A stretch of 32,000 nt of DNA from Blochmannia endosymbiont of Camponotus nipponensis (GTDB taxonomy: Bacteria; Pseudomonadota; Gammaproteobacteria; Enterobacterales; Enterobacteriaceae): assembly GCF_009827135.1 (NCBI RefSeq), contig NZ_CP046534.1:756523-788522 (forward strand), in the 5' to 3' direction. This document shows positions 19,594 through 28,643 of this stretch, one piece after another. Positions within the stretch are counted from its first letter, which is position 1. Each line of letters starts with the position of its first letter. The position numbers and the translations under genes are program-made. Below the pieces are notes generated by a model. That model did no database searches and was not told the DNA's origin. It saw nothing but the letters and a program-made list of their open reading frames with translations.

Positions 19594-20545
19594 ATGTATT
19601 TGTCTTAAGATGAGATAAATTTTTGTTAAAATAAAAAATAAAATTATATTGATAGTGATTAATATATTTTAAAAATATATTGCATTTGTGAATAATTTTT
19701 GATTTATCTATGTGATCATAAATTATGTTTGAACCATGGCTAGATATAAATCCCAAATCGACATTGTATGTGTATTATGAACAACATATAAAATATCAAC
19801 ACACATAAAATTATATCACATATTTTTTTATAAAAAATTTAGTTTTTTATTTTTCATCTTTAAAAATGTAAAGTAATGAGTTTTTATTATTAAATAAATT
19901 CTAAACAGTTATTTAACAAATTGTATCGTATATAAATTAAAATTACTAAATACTTGACGATTATATCATTCAGGAATAACGTTTCATCATATTAACTATT
20001 TATATAATACATTTATACATTTATATATTTTAATAAACAATTAAAAAATTAAATTTATTAAAAGCAAAAAAATTAAATAAAAATTATATGTTGTTATATA
20101 AATGTTAAACATTAGATTAGATACATATCTATACAACTTAAAATATTATTTTTTATAAATAAAGGATAGATAATTATGTGCTAAATATAGATTTAAATAT
20201 TTTTGTGATAAATATTAAAATCTATATTTTTATAATAACTTTTTTAAAATTTAAATTTAAATGTATCAAATACATATGTTTCAATTATTTATATGACGAT
20301 TTTATTTATATTTTTTGTGTTCAGCAGCAAAATTTTAGTCTGTATAAAAATAAATTAATATGTAGGTAGAATCGATATTAAAAAATTAATATCCTAAATA
20401 TTTAGTTATCCAACACATGGTACTGTTGTTTACACAATGAACTATCATAATCAAATTTACATTAAAATTTATTTAGAATCATAATAATAGTAATTATTAT
20501 ATAAAATTATTTAATGTTTTTAAATTAACTATCATCTCTATATCT

Positions 20546-20853
20546 GTAGAAAATGGAATTATTTATATTTCAAACAGTATAATTCATTAAAATGATGATT
20601 TTACAAACGAAATGAAAAAATGGGATTAGGATAGTAAATATCAGCTATTTTTTGAAACAATTGCAACAACGGAGTATTGAATTGACTAGTAGTAATGTAG
20701 AATATAATCTAAACACTATCAATTATCTATCGCATATAAATTATTGGCCATAACGATAAAAATATATCTATATTTTGTCGTCGTAATTATATTATTAATA
20801 TAATAACACTACTTAAATTTTTAGAAGCATATTGCGATCAACATCATATTTAA
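20546..20853 (+). pseudogene. Possible decayed lolB remnant (C-terminal half, spread over three reading frames)
   Basis: It lies immediately upstream of ispE, as lolB does in E. coli. Three collinear fragments match E. coli LolB. SVENGIIY (from 20543; the Val codon is at 20546) matches LVDNKGQRY. LKQL..EYNLNTINYLSHINY (ends at 20744) matches LRQW..DYKLDDQYRLSEITY. After a +1 shift, HNDKNISIF...LKFLEAY (20749-20832; that frame stops at 20851-20853) matches QNGKNWKVV...LKMDNW. The distance from the YLSHINY block to the ispE ATG (137 nt) fits the E. coli spacing (about 130 nt). Stops and frameshifts interrupt it, and no lipobox N-terminus was found. Confidence 0.35.
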
Positions 20854-20880
20854 GTTAATAATAAATAATTGGAATATACC

Positions 20881-21747
20881 ATGAACTATTATCAATGGCC
20901 TTCTCCAGGGAAAATTAATTTGTTTTTATATATAATCGGGCGTCGTTTAGACGGTTATCATTATCTACAGACATTATTTCAATTTATTGATTATGGTGAT
21001 ACCATCAAAATATCGGTAACCAATAGTGGTAAAATTAGATTATTTACTGCTATGAAAAGTTTAATATATTGTAATAATTTAATTATACAAGCAGCAAAAT
21101 TACTACAACATTATTGTTGGCCGAATAAAAAACCAGTATTTGGTGCAGATATTTTTATTGATAAAGTTTTACCTATAGGTTCCGGTTTAGGAGGTGCTTC
21201 TTCTAATGCTGCAACTACATTGCTGATACTCAATCAAAAATGGCGTTGTTATTTGAATAAAAACGTTTTAATGGATTTAGGTTTGATGTTAGGCGCTGAT
21301 GTACCAGTATTCATATATGGACATTCAACATTTGCCGAAGGTATTGGTGATATATTAACGCCAGTTTCCCTACCTGAAAAATGGTATCTCATTATCGTTC
21401 CTCCAATTAGCATCAGTACTTCGTGGGTCTTTCAAATGTATAAATTAAGGAATTATTGCTATTCTCCGTATCGTTCAATGAGAGAATTATTGTCAATGTC
21501 ATTTCGTAATGATTTCGAAAAAATTATAAAAGAGATATTCCCTGAAATAAATATATATTTTACGTGTTTATCACAATTTACATTAGCGCGACTTACAGGA
21601 ACAGGTTCTTGTATTTTTTCTGAATTTAATACTGAATATTTAGCTTATCAAGTTCAAAGTTATTTACCATTATGGATCAAAAGTATTGTAACAAGAGGAA
21701 TAAATTTATCCCCGTTACATCAAAAATTATTAAATTATAATAATTAG
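20881..21747 (+). CDS. ispE: 4-diphosphocytidyl-2-C-methyl-D-erythritol kinase
   Basis: The ATG at 20881 gives MNYYQWPSPGKINLFLYIIGRRLDGYH, matching E. coli [26 protein letters not shown]. The GHMP-kinase motif PIGSGLGGASSNAA is present. The ORF-track start at 20869 is a TTG. Confidence 0.94.
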   Translation: MNYYQWPSPGKINLFLYIIGRRLDGYHYLQTLFQFIDYGDTIKISVTNSGKIRLFTAMKSLIYCNNLIIQAAKLLQHYCWPNKKPVFGADIFIDKVLPIGSGLGGASSNAATTLLILNQKWRCYLNKNVLMDLGLMLGADVPVFIYGHSTFAEGIGDILTPVSLPEKWYLIIVPPISISTSWVFQMYKLRNYCYSPYRSMRELLSMSFRNDFEKIIKEIFPEINIYFTCLSQFTLARLTGTGSCIFSEFNTEYLAYQVQSYLPLWIKSIVTRGINLSPLHQKLLNYNN

Positions 21748-21848
21748 CATTAGGATTTATATATTAATGAAAGCTATTATTTTATTATTATGAATCATAC
21801 AACCGTAATAATATTATTATAAACCTAAAATTACGAGACATTTTTAAT

Positions 21849-22787
21849 ATGAAACTTTTTACTGGCAATGCTGTCCCAGAATTGGCTCGACACATTGCTC
21901 ATAGATTATACATTAATCTCGGCAAAGCTTCTGTTGGTCGTTTTAGTGATGGCGAAGTAAGTGTACAAATTGATGAAAACGTACGCGGTGGAGATGTATT
22001 TATTATTCAATCTACTTGTGCTCCAACAAACGATAACTTAATGGAACTAATTGTTATGGTTGATGCATTAAGACGCGCATCAGCTGCTAGAATTACCGCT
22101 GTAATTCCTTATTTTGGTTATGCCCGTCAAGATCGACGAGTACGATCTGCTAGAGTGCCCATTACTTCTAGGGTTGTGGCAAACTTTTTATCTAGTGTAG
22201 GAGTTGATCGTATTTTAACAGTAGATTTACATGCTGAACAAATACAAGGATTTTTTGATGTACCAGTAGATAATGTTTTTGGAAGTCCAATTTTATTAGA
22301 AGACATGATGCAACAAAATTTTAATAATCCTATCGTAGTATCTCCAGATATTGGAGGAGTAATACGCGCTCGTGCTATTGCAAAGTTACTTAACGACACT
22401 GATATGGCGATTATAGATAAACGAAGATCTCGCGCCAATATTTCTCAAGTTATGCATATTATTGGTGATGTATGTAATCGTGACTGTATATTGATAGATG
22501 ATATGATTGATACTGGGGGAACATTATGTAAAGCCTCAGAAGTCTTAAAAGAAAGAGGAGCACGCCGTGTGTTTGCTTATACTACTCATCCAATTTTCTC
22601 TGGAGATGCTTATGAGAATATTCAAAATTCTATGATTGATGAAATTATCGTTTGTGATACTATTCCATTAAAACAAAAAATAAAATCTTTACCTAATGTG
22701 CGTGTATTAACTTTATCTGGTATGCTTGCCGAGACAATTCGTCGTATCAGTAATGAAGAATCAATTTCTGCTATGTTTAAGCACTAA
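21849..22787 (+). CDS. prs: Ribose-phosphate pyrophosphokinase (PRPP synthase)
   Basis: The 312-aa product is highly similar to my recollection of E. coli Prs across its full length ([52 protein letters not shown]). It is visibly less AT-rich than its surroundings. Confidence 0.98.
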   Translation: MKLFTGNAVPELARHIAHRLYINLGKASVGRFSDGEVSVQIDENVRGGDVFIIQSTCAPTNDNLMELIVMVDALRRASAARITAVIPYFGYARQDRRVRSARVPITSRVVANFLSSVGVDRILTVDLHAEQIQGFFDVPVDNVFGSPILLEDMMQQNFNNPIVVSPDIGGVIRARAIAKLLNDTDMAIIDKRRSRANISQVMHIIGDVCNRDCILIDDMIDTGGTLCKASEVLKERGARRVFAYTTHPIFSGDAYENIQNSMIDEIIVCDTIPLKQKIKSLPNVRVLTLSGMLAETIRRISNEESISAMFKH

Positions 22788-23062
22788 CAAGATAATATTT
22801 GTATATCTGAAAAAAAGATAATACTATATAAAAATAATATGTTATTCATTGTAGTCAGCTCCAATTAAGCCATTAAAAATAATAATGGAGTATTGGTAAT
22901 TTACAAAAATAAACATTGATATACTATTCCAATGTATTTTATGAAAAGGATTTAAAATTATTTAAATATAATCCTCGTATCAATAAAAATTGACATCTAC
23001 AATATGCTGAAATTAATATTAATTAAGTTATAATTTAAAAGATCATGTGATGGTGTGTATAA

Positions 23063-23653
23063 ATGACTATTAAATTAATTGCTGGATTAGGAAATTTTGG
23101 AACGAAATACTTCAATACTAGACATAATTTTGGTTCTCAATATGTTAAAATATTAGCAAAACGATATAAAGTAATACTAAAAAAAAATGACATATTATGT
23201 GGATATACTGGTCAATTAAAGTTAAAAAATAATATTGTATATTTACTTATACCAGATTCATATATGAATAATAATGGACTTTCAATTTCTAAGTGTGTTA
23301 ATTATTATCAATTATACTTAAAAGAAATATTGATAGTACATGATGATCTTGATTTACCACCCGGTGCAATACGTGTTAAATTAGGAAAAAAAATTAATGA
23401 TAGTCATCATGGTTTAAGAAATGTTGTTATTAGACTTAATAATAAATCTGATTTTTATCGTTTACGTATTGGAATAGGCCATCCTGGAGATAAAAGTAAA
23501 GTGATTGATTTCGTGTTAAATAAACCATCTATTTATGAACAAGATAGGATCAATAATGTAATTAATAAGTCAATATTACATACTGAAGACATAGTAACTG
23601 AAAAATTTATTAAAGTTATGAATACATTACATTCTTATAATCCTCATTCTTAA
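23063..23653 (+). CDS. pth: Peptidyl-tRNA hydrolase
   Basis: The 196-aa product starts MTIKLIAGLGNFG...TRHNFG (catalytic His context) and contains HDDLDLPPG and RLRIGIGHPGDK. It is collinear with E. coli Pth. Confidence 0.94.
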   Translation: MTIKLIAGLGNFGTKYFNTRHNFGSQYVKILAKRYKVILKKNDILCGYTGQLKLKNNIVYLLIPDSYMNNNGLSISKCVNYYQLYLKEILIVHDDLDLPPGAIRVKLGKKINDSHHGLRNVVIRLNNKSDFYRLRIGIGHPGDKSKVIDFVLNKPSIYEQDRINNVINKSILHTEDIVTEKFIKVMNTLHSYNPHS

Positions 23654-23750
23654 TAAAAATTATTAATTTAAAAAACTTATTGATTTTTTAATTATAAAAA
23701 TAATTATCGTAATATTTAATTTAATATATTTTTTAATTGTTAAGGTCATT

Positions 23751-24830
23751 ATGCAAATTGATTGCGGTATTATTGGATTACCAAATGTAGGTAAGTCTAC
23801 TTTATTTAATATTTTGACTCATCTATCTGTTAAAATAGCTAATTTTCCTTTTTGTACTATACAACCGAACGTATCCATAGTGCATATACCTGATCCACGT
23901 ATATATCAGTTAACAAATATTGTTCCATCACGTAAAATGATGCATGGTACTATGAAATTTATCGATGTTGCTGGTTTAATAAAAGGGGCTGCACAAGGTA
24001 TAGGCATGGGTAGTCAAGTTCTAAATTATATTCGAACAACAAAAGTGTTATGTCATGTGGTCCGTTGTTTCGATAACAACCAAGTTGTTCATGTTTTTAA
24101 CAATATAGATCCCTGTAGAGATGTGAATATTATCAATACTGAACTTATATTATTTGATATTTTGCTCTGTGAAGAAGGCATTCATTCTTTGCAAAAAAAA
24201 AATAAAGTTATTAATAAAAATATTGAACCACAGTTATCTACATTAAAAATGTGTTTGGGTTATTTATATGATGGTGTGCCATTAAGAAAAATATATTTTT
24301 CTAAAACAGAAAAAATAAATATTGAAAAATTTAATCTTTTAACTATTAAACCAACTATTTATATTGCTAACATCGATGAAGAACTTGTGACAAACAATGA
24401 ATACCTAGATAAGTTACGCATACTTGCATCTGATGAACACATGCCATTAATTTTATGCTGTACAATGTCATTTTTATTGAACAATAAAAGCGATCACACT
24501 ACATCATATACGCAACAACAAAGCAGTATATTATATGATATAGTTAATGTTATTTTTACTATGTTAAATTTACGTACTTTTTTTACTATTAATTTAAACA
24601 TGACACGTTCTTGGATATACGTTGCTGGAACAACTGCATTGGAAGCTGCAAAAAAAGTACATAGTGACTTTAAAAAAGGTTTCATTCGCGTTCAAGTGAT
24701 TAAGTTTAATGATTTTATTGCTTATAATGAAGAATTATTAAGCAAAAAAAAATCTAATAAAATTTCCTATTTAGGAAAAAATTATCTTGTAGAAGATGGG
24801 GATATATTGAAATTTTTATTTCACATTTAA
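23751..24830 (+). CDS. ychF: Ribosome-binding ATPase YchF
   Basis: The 359-aa product has the G1 motif GLPNVGKSTLFN, ANFPFCTI, DVAGLIKGA, HVVRCF, the YchF-type NxxE motif (NIDE) and the C-terminal TGS-domain motif GFIRVQVI...VEDGDILKFLF. Confidence 0.94.
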   Translation: MQIDCGIIGLPNVGKSTLFNILTHLSVKIANFPFCTIQPNVSIVHIPDPRIYQLTNIVPSRKMMHGTMKFIDVAGLIKGAAQGIGMGSQVLNYIRTTKVLCHVVRCFDNNQVVHVFNNIDPCRDVNIINTELILFDILLCEEGIHSLQKKNKVINKNIEPQLSTLKMCLGYLYDGVPLRKIYFSKTEKINIEKFNLLTIKPTIYIANIDEELVTNNEYLDKLRILASDEHMPLILCCTMSFLLNNKSDHTTSYTQQQSSILYDIVNVIFTMLNLRTFFTINLNMTRSWIYVAGTTALEAAKKVHSDFKKGFIRVQVIKFNDFIAYNEELLSKKKSNKISYLGKNYLVEDGDILKFLFHI

Positions 24831-24871
24831 TATATTTTATGTGGAAATGTTTGAAATACGCTCCGTAATCA

Positions 24872-24974
24872 CTCAAGATTAATGCACAGTAGATAGAAAA
24901 CTCCGGATGGCACAAGTTTTATTTTAAAACTTGTGCCATCCGGAGTTTTCTATCTACTGTGCATTAATCTTGAG
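24872..24974. terminator. Bidirectional intrinsic terminator embedded in a 103-bp palindrome (50-bp perfect arms, 3-nt loop)
   Basis: Core stem CTCCGGATGGCACAAG/CTTGTGCCATCCGGAG is flanked by AAAA and TTTT. Outer arms CTCAAGATTAATGCACAGTAGATAG/CTATCTACTGTGCATTAATCTTGAG extend it. The loop TTT is at 24922-24924. It lies between the convergent genes ychF and ybhL. Confidence 0.8.
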
Positions 24975-24999
24975 AAAAATACAAACACTACACCTAAAA

Positions 25000-25710
25000 T
25001 TAACGGCGATTTCCAAAAATACGGACTATCATTAAAAATAAATTAATGAAATCTAAATACAAAGTCAATGCACCTATAATTGAATACTTGCGAAATTGAT
25101 CTTGGTTATCTATAGATAAAGAGGCTCCTATAGATTTTAATTTCTGGGTATCATATGCAGTTAAACCAACAAAAATAACGACACCAATATACGTAATAAG
25201 CCACATTAAAACTGTGTTTTTCAACCATAAATTTACTACTGAAGCTAAGATTATACCGATTAAAGCCATAAATAATAAATTACCAAAACTACTTAAATCT
25301 CGTTTAGTAGTATACCCATATACCGTCATTATACCAAACATACCAGATGTCACTACAAACGCACTAGATATCGAAGATGTAGTATATAATATAAATATAC
25401 TAGATAAAGTTAAACCTGTTAGCATGGAATATAACATAAATAACGTAGTTGCTAAAGAACCACTTAATCGTGTTACCATACCAGACAGGACAAATACTAA
25501 TGCTAATTGACCAATAATCAAACTAAAAAAAATTATCTGATTGGAGAATAGTAATTGAAGTATTGCTGGGGTTCGAGATGCATACCAAGCTACAAAAGCA
25601 GTTAACAATAATCCACAAGACATCCAACCAAACACTTGTAAAATATACGGTTGTATCACGTTATTAATTCGTTCTGATACTGTGCTTTGAAAACGGGGAA
25701 ATCGATCCAT
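25000..25710 (-). CDS. ybhL: Bax-inhibitor-1/YccA-family inner-membrane protein YbhL
   Basis: The ATG at 25710 gives MDRFPRF, matching the E. coli YbhL start MDRFPR, with AAGGTGA upstream. The protein is multi-pass hydrophobic and has a conserved C-terminus YSIIGALTLYLDFINLFLMIVRIFGNRR. The ORF-track start at 25755 adds 15 residues. Confidence 0.92.
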   Translation of the reverse strand: MDRFPRFQSTVSERINNVIQPYILQVFGWMSCGLLLTAFVAWYASRTPAILQLLFSNQIIFFSLIIGQLALVFVLSGMVTRLSGSLATTLFMLYSMLTGLTLSSIFILYTTSSISSAFVVTSGMFGIMTVYGYTTKRDLSSFGNLLFMALIGIILASVVNLWLKNTVLMWLITYIGVVIFVGLTAYDTQKLKSIGASLSIDNQDQFRKYSIIGALTLYLDFINLFLMIVRIFGNRR

Positions 25711-25891
25711 ACTCATCACCTTCAAAATAATTAAAATACAAAACGTTTTATACATTATATCGCAAGGAAATCATGTGAGCAACAAAATGTTACATAACAT
25801 TATTTTAAAAACAAAAGTAAATGCAAATATATACTATAGTATCATAATACACCATATCATTAAAATAATGACTCAATACAATACACATCAT

Positions 25892-26593
25892 TTAATAGTT
25901 ATTTAAATAATAATGTTGCACAGGATGTGCATGTTTATTAAATTCATATATCAATGGAACACCCGTTGGTATATTAATATGAAATATTTCTGATTCACTT
26001 AAATGATCTAGTAATTTTATAATAGCGCGTATGGAATTACCATGGGCAACAATAATAATTTGTTTATTACTTTTAATATGAGGTAATATAGAGTGATTCC
26101 AATAAGGAATTACTCTTGTTAAGGTTAGCTCTAAACTTTCACTATTAGGTAATTCTTCAGCGTTAACGTTATTATAGCGATTATCGTCTGTTGCAATAAA
26201 TTGATTATTTTCATAATTTTTGGGAGGAATAATGTTAAAACTTCGGCGCCATTTTTGAACCGTTTCATAACCATATTTTTTTACAGCTTCATCTTTATTT
26301 AATCCTTGCAGCACTCCGTAATGACGTTCATTTAATCGCCAAGTTTTCTCTACAGGCAACCATGCTTGATTTAATTGATCTAATACGATCCATAAAGTGT
26401 GAATCGCCCGTTTTAACACTGAAGTGTACCCGTAATTAAAAAAAAAGCCATTTTTTTTTAATATTTGACCAGCGCTTTGCGCTTCAGCACGTCCTTGCTC
26501 TGATAATTCCACATCTACCCATCCAGTGAAACGATTTTCTTTGTTCCATTGACTTTCTCCATGTCTTACAAGAACAAGTTTGGTTATATTCAT
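25892..26593 (-). CDS. gpmA: 2,3-bisphosphoglycerate-dependent phosphoglycerate mutase
   Basis: The 233-aa product has [20 protein letters not shown] (catalytic His), ERHYG and AHGNSIRA. It is collinear with E. coli GpmA but ends about 17 residues earlier. Confidence 0.95.
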   Translation of the reverse strand: MNITKLVLVRHGESQWNKENRFTGWVDVELSEQGRAEAQSAGQILKKNGFFFNYGYTSVLKRAIHTLWIVLDQLNQAWLPVEKTWRLNERHYGVLQGLNKDEAVKKYGYETVQKWRRSFNIIPPKNYENNQFIATDDNRYNNVNAEELPNSESLELTLTRVIPYWNHSILPHIKSNKQIIIVAHGNSIRAIIKLLDHLSESEIFHINIPTGVPLIYEFNKHAHPVQHYYLNNY

Positions 26594-26885
26594 AATTTAT
26601 TCTCTTATTGTTATTGACAAAATATAAATTAATTATACACTAAACGTTCTTATTAATTATTTAATTCTGTACATGTATTACTGAAATACGCCTGATTTAC
26701 ATCATTTTTTATATTAAAAAAGTATTATAATATGAGAAATATCTTTTTTTTTAATAAAATATTACAAAATGAAAACTATTGTGAACTAAATAAAAAATCA
26801 ATATAAATGACAATTTTTATACTACGTATACAGTTAAATTATTTAAATTTATATTTATTGTGCCACCATAAAAATAAATAAATAT

Positions 26886-27896
26886 ATGATACAAATAGCC
26901 TATGTAATGAGTCCAAAAAGTCAACATATTTATGCTTGGAAATTGAACAATATTCATGGGCAATTAGAATTAATGCAGATAATACACACACCTGGACAAG
27001 CACAGCCTATGGCAGTGCACCCTAATAAACAATTTTTATATGTTGGAATACGTCCTAATTGTGGTATTACTGCTTATTATATAAATCAGGAAGGAATATT
27101 AACAGAACAAGGAACAATTGAAATATTAAATACTCCTACTCATTTAATTAGTGATACAAAGGGCACATTTCTGTATTGTACATCTTATAGGGATAACACT
27201 ATAAGTGTTATCCCTATAAGCATATCAGGCATGCTTAATTCTCCTATACAAATTCTAACAGGTTTATTAGGTTGTCATTCCGCTAATATATGTAAGTACG
27301 AAGAATTACTTTGGATCCCTTGTTTGCACGAACATTCTATTAGATTGTTTAAAATAAATCTGTCTGGAACATTAACTCCGCATAATCCATGCATAATTAA
27401 GGCTAATGTTGGTTCTGGTCCGCGCCATATGAGTTTTTATAATTTTGGTGGTTATGCATATGTAATCAATGAATTAACAAGTACTGTTAATGTTATAAAA
27501 TATAACAATTTTCAAACAATACCAAGTATTATTCAAACATTAAGCATAATTCCAAAAAATATCAACACTACACGCTGTTGGGCAGCCGATATACATATTA
27601 CCCCTAATGGACGTTGGTTATATTGTTCTGATAGAGCTACTAATATCATTAGTTACTTAGAAATATCTAAAACAACAAAAAAATTAAAACTTATTGGTTA
27701 TCAACCAACTGAAGAACAACCACGTGGATTCGCAATTGATTATCAAGGAGAATTTTTAATTGTTGCAGGGCAAAAATCAAATTTCATCTCTTTATACTCC
27801 ATTAATCCGAACAATGGAGCGATAACTTTCTTATCTCGCTATCCATCAGGACAAGGTCCAATGTGGGTTAGCATAGTTTCATTATCTTCTGAATAA
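26886..27896 (+). CDS. pgl: 6-phosphogluconolactonase (YbhE-type beta-propeller)
   Basis: The 336-aa product is collinear with E. coli Pgl/YbhE (PGQAQPMAV, GCHSANI, GSGPRHMSF, WAADIHITPNGRWLY, QPRGFAID, GQGPMWV). Confidence 0.93.
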   Translation: MIQIAYVMSPKSQHIYAWKLNNIHGQLELMQIIHTPGQAQPMAVHPNKQFLYVGIRPNCGITAYYINQEGILTEQGTIEILNTPTHLISDTKGTFLYCTSYRDNTISVIPISISGMLNSPIQILTGLLGCHSANICKYEELLWIPCLHEHSIRLFKINLSGTLTPHNPCIIKANVGSGPRHMSFYNFGGYAYVINELTSTVNVIKYNNFQTIPSIIQTLSIIPKNINTTRCWAADIHITPNGRWLYCSDRATNIISYLEISKTTKKLKLIGYQPTEEQPRGFAIDYQGEFLIVAGQKSNFISLYSINPNNGAITFLSRYPSGQGPMWVSIVSLSSE

Positions 27897-28643
27897 AATA
27901 CATAATAAATACGATCATGTGACTGATATTATCTCGTTATAATATATCAATTTATAAATATAGTTTTATATAATCCATTGATAAATGACAATATACATCA
28001 TTATAATATTTTTAATTTGTATATCTTATTATAAACGTATAAAAATATATAAACAATAGGATAATTTTAAACTACAAGAATAACTAAGCAATAGATGTAA
28101 GCCCTATATATAATAAAATTATACTTTTCATAACAACACACCGCAATCTTGTTATAATCGTTTCCTAGCGTACATAATAGTGATTATTTATATTCATATC
28201 AAATAAATTAAATTTCGTAATTTATAAAATTTTTAAACATGTTAAACATTACTTTTTAAATAAAATAATATTTATTTATTTTAAATATTTTTATTAACTT
28301 TACTATAAAAAAATCAGTGTCCTTGACATATATATATTTGTAGACGCATATTACAACAATCTAATATGTGGGCCAACAAAAAATTCATTTCACACATTTA
28401 ATATAAATTGTAAATTACACGGAATTCATTATATCATACGATCATATTTATAATCATATTTTTTTAAAAATATTTTTTTTTATAAAATATTTTGAATTGT
28501 TATGTTTGTTATTGTATTAGTTATTAAAATTTTAATAATCAATCAATATTAAGAAATAAAAGTTACGATATAGTTTTATTTTATTTGTATCCTTTCTGTA
28601 TGTACAAGTAAAAAAAATTATAAAAATAATTTATTAATTTATA

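Noticed and set aside
19571-19756. 61-aa minus-strand ORF overlapping the prfA start
   Set aside because: It is not a gene. It starts at a TTG, runs out of frame into prfA and is low-complexity. It is mentioned only as a possible hemA tail relic in the findings.
20178-20369. 63-aa plus-strand ORF (GTG start) in the prfA/ispE spacer, considered as a possible N-terminal part of lolB
   Set aside because: The composition is I/F/K/Y-rich and there is no signal peptide or lipobox. The weak FxYxxD...QQ resemblance to LolB lies about 50 codons too far from the C-terminal fragments to be collinear. I treat it as a chance ORF.
22127-22438. 103-aa ORF antisense to prs
   Set aside because: It is a shadow ORF on the strand opposite a very strongly conserved gene, and the prs frame explains the sequence. 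The same applies to the antisense or out-of-frame ORFs at 4531-4716, 4819-5004, 12653-12850, 17838-18056, 19068-19259, 24494-24685 and 25214-25510.
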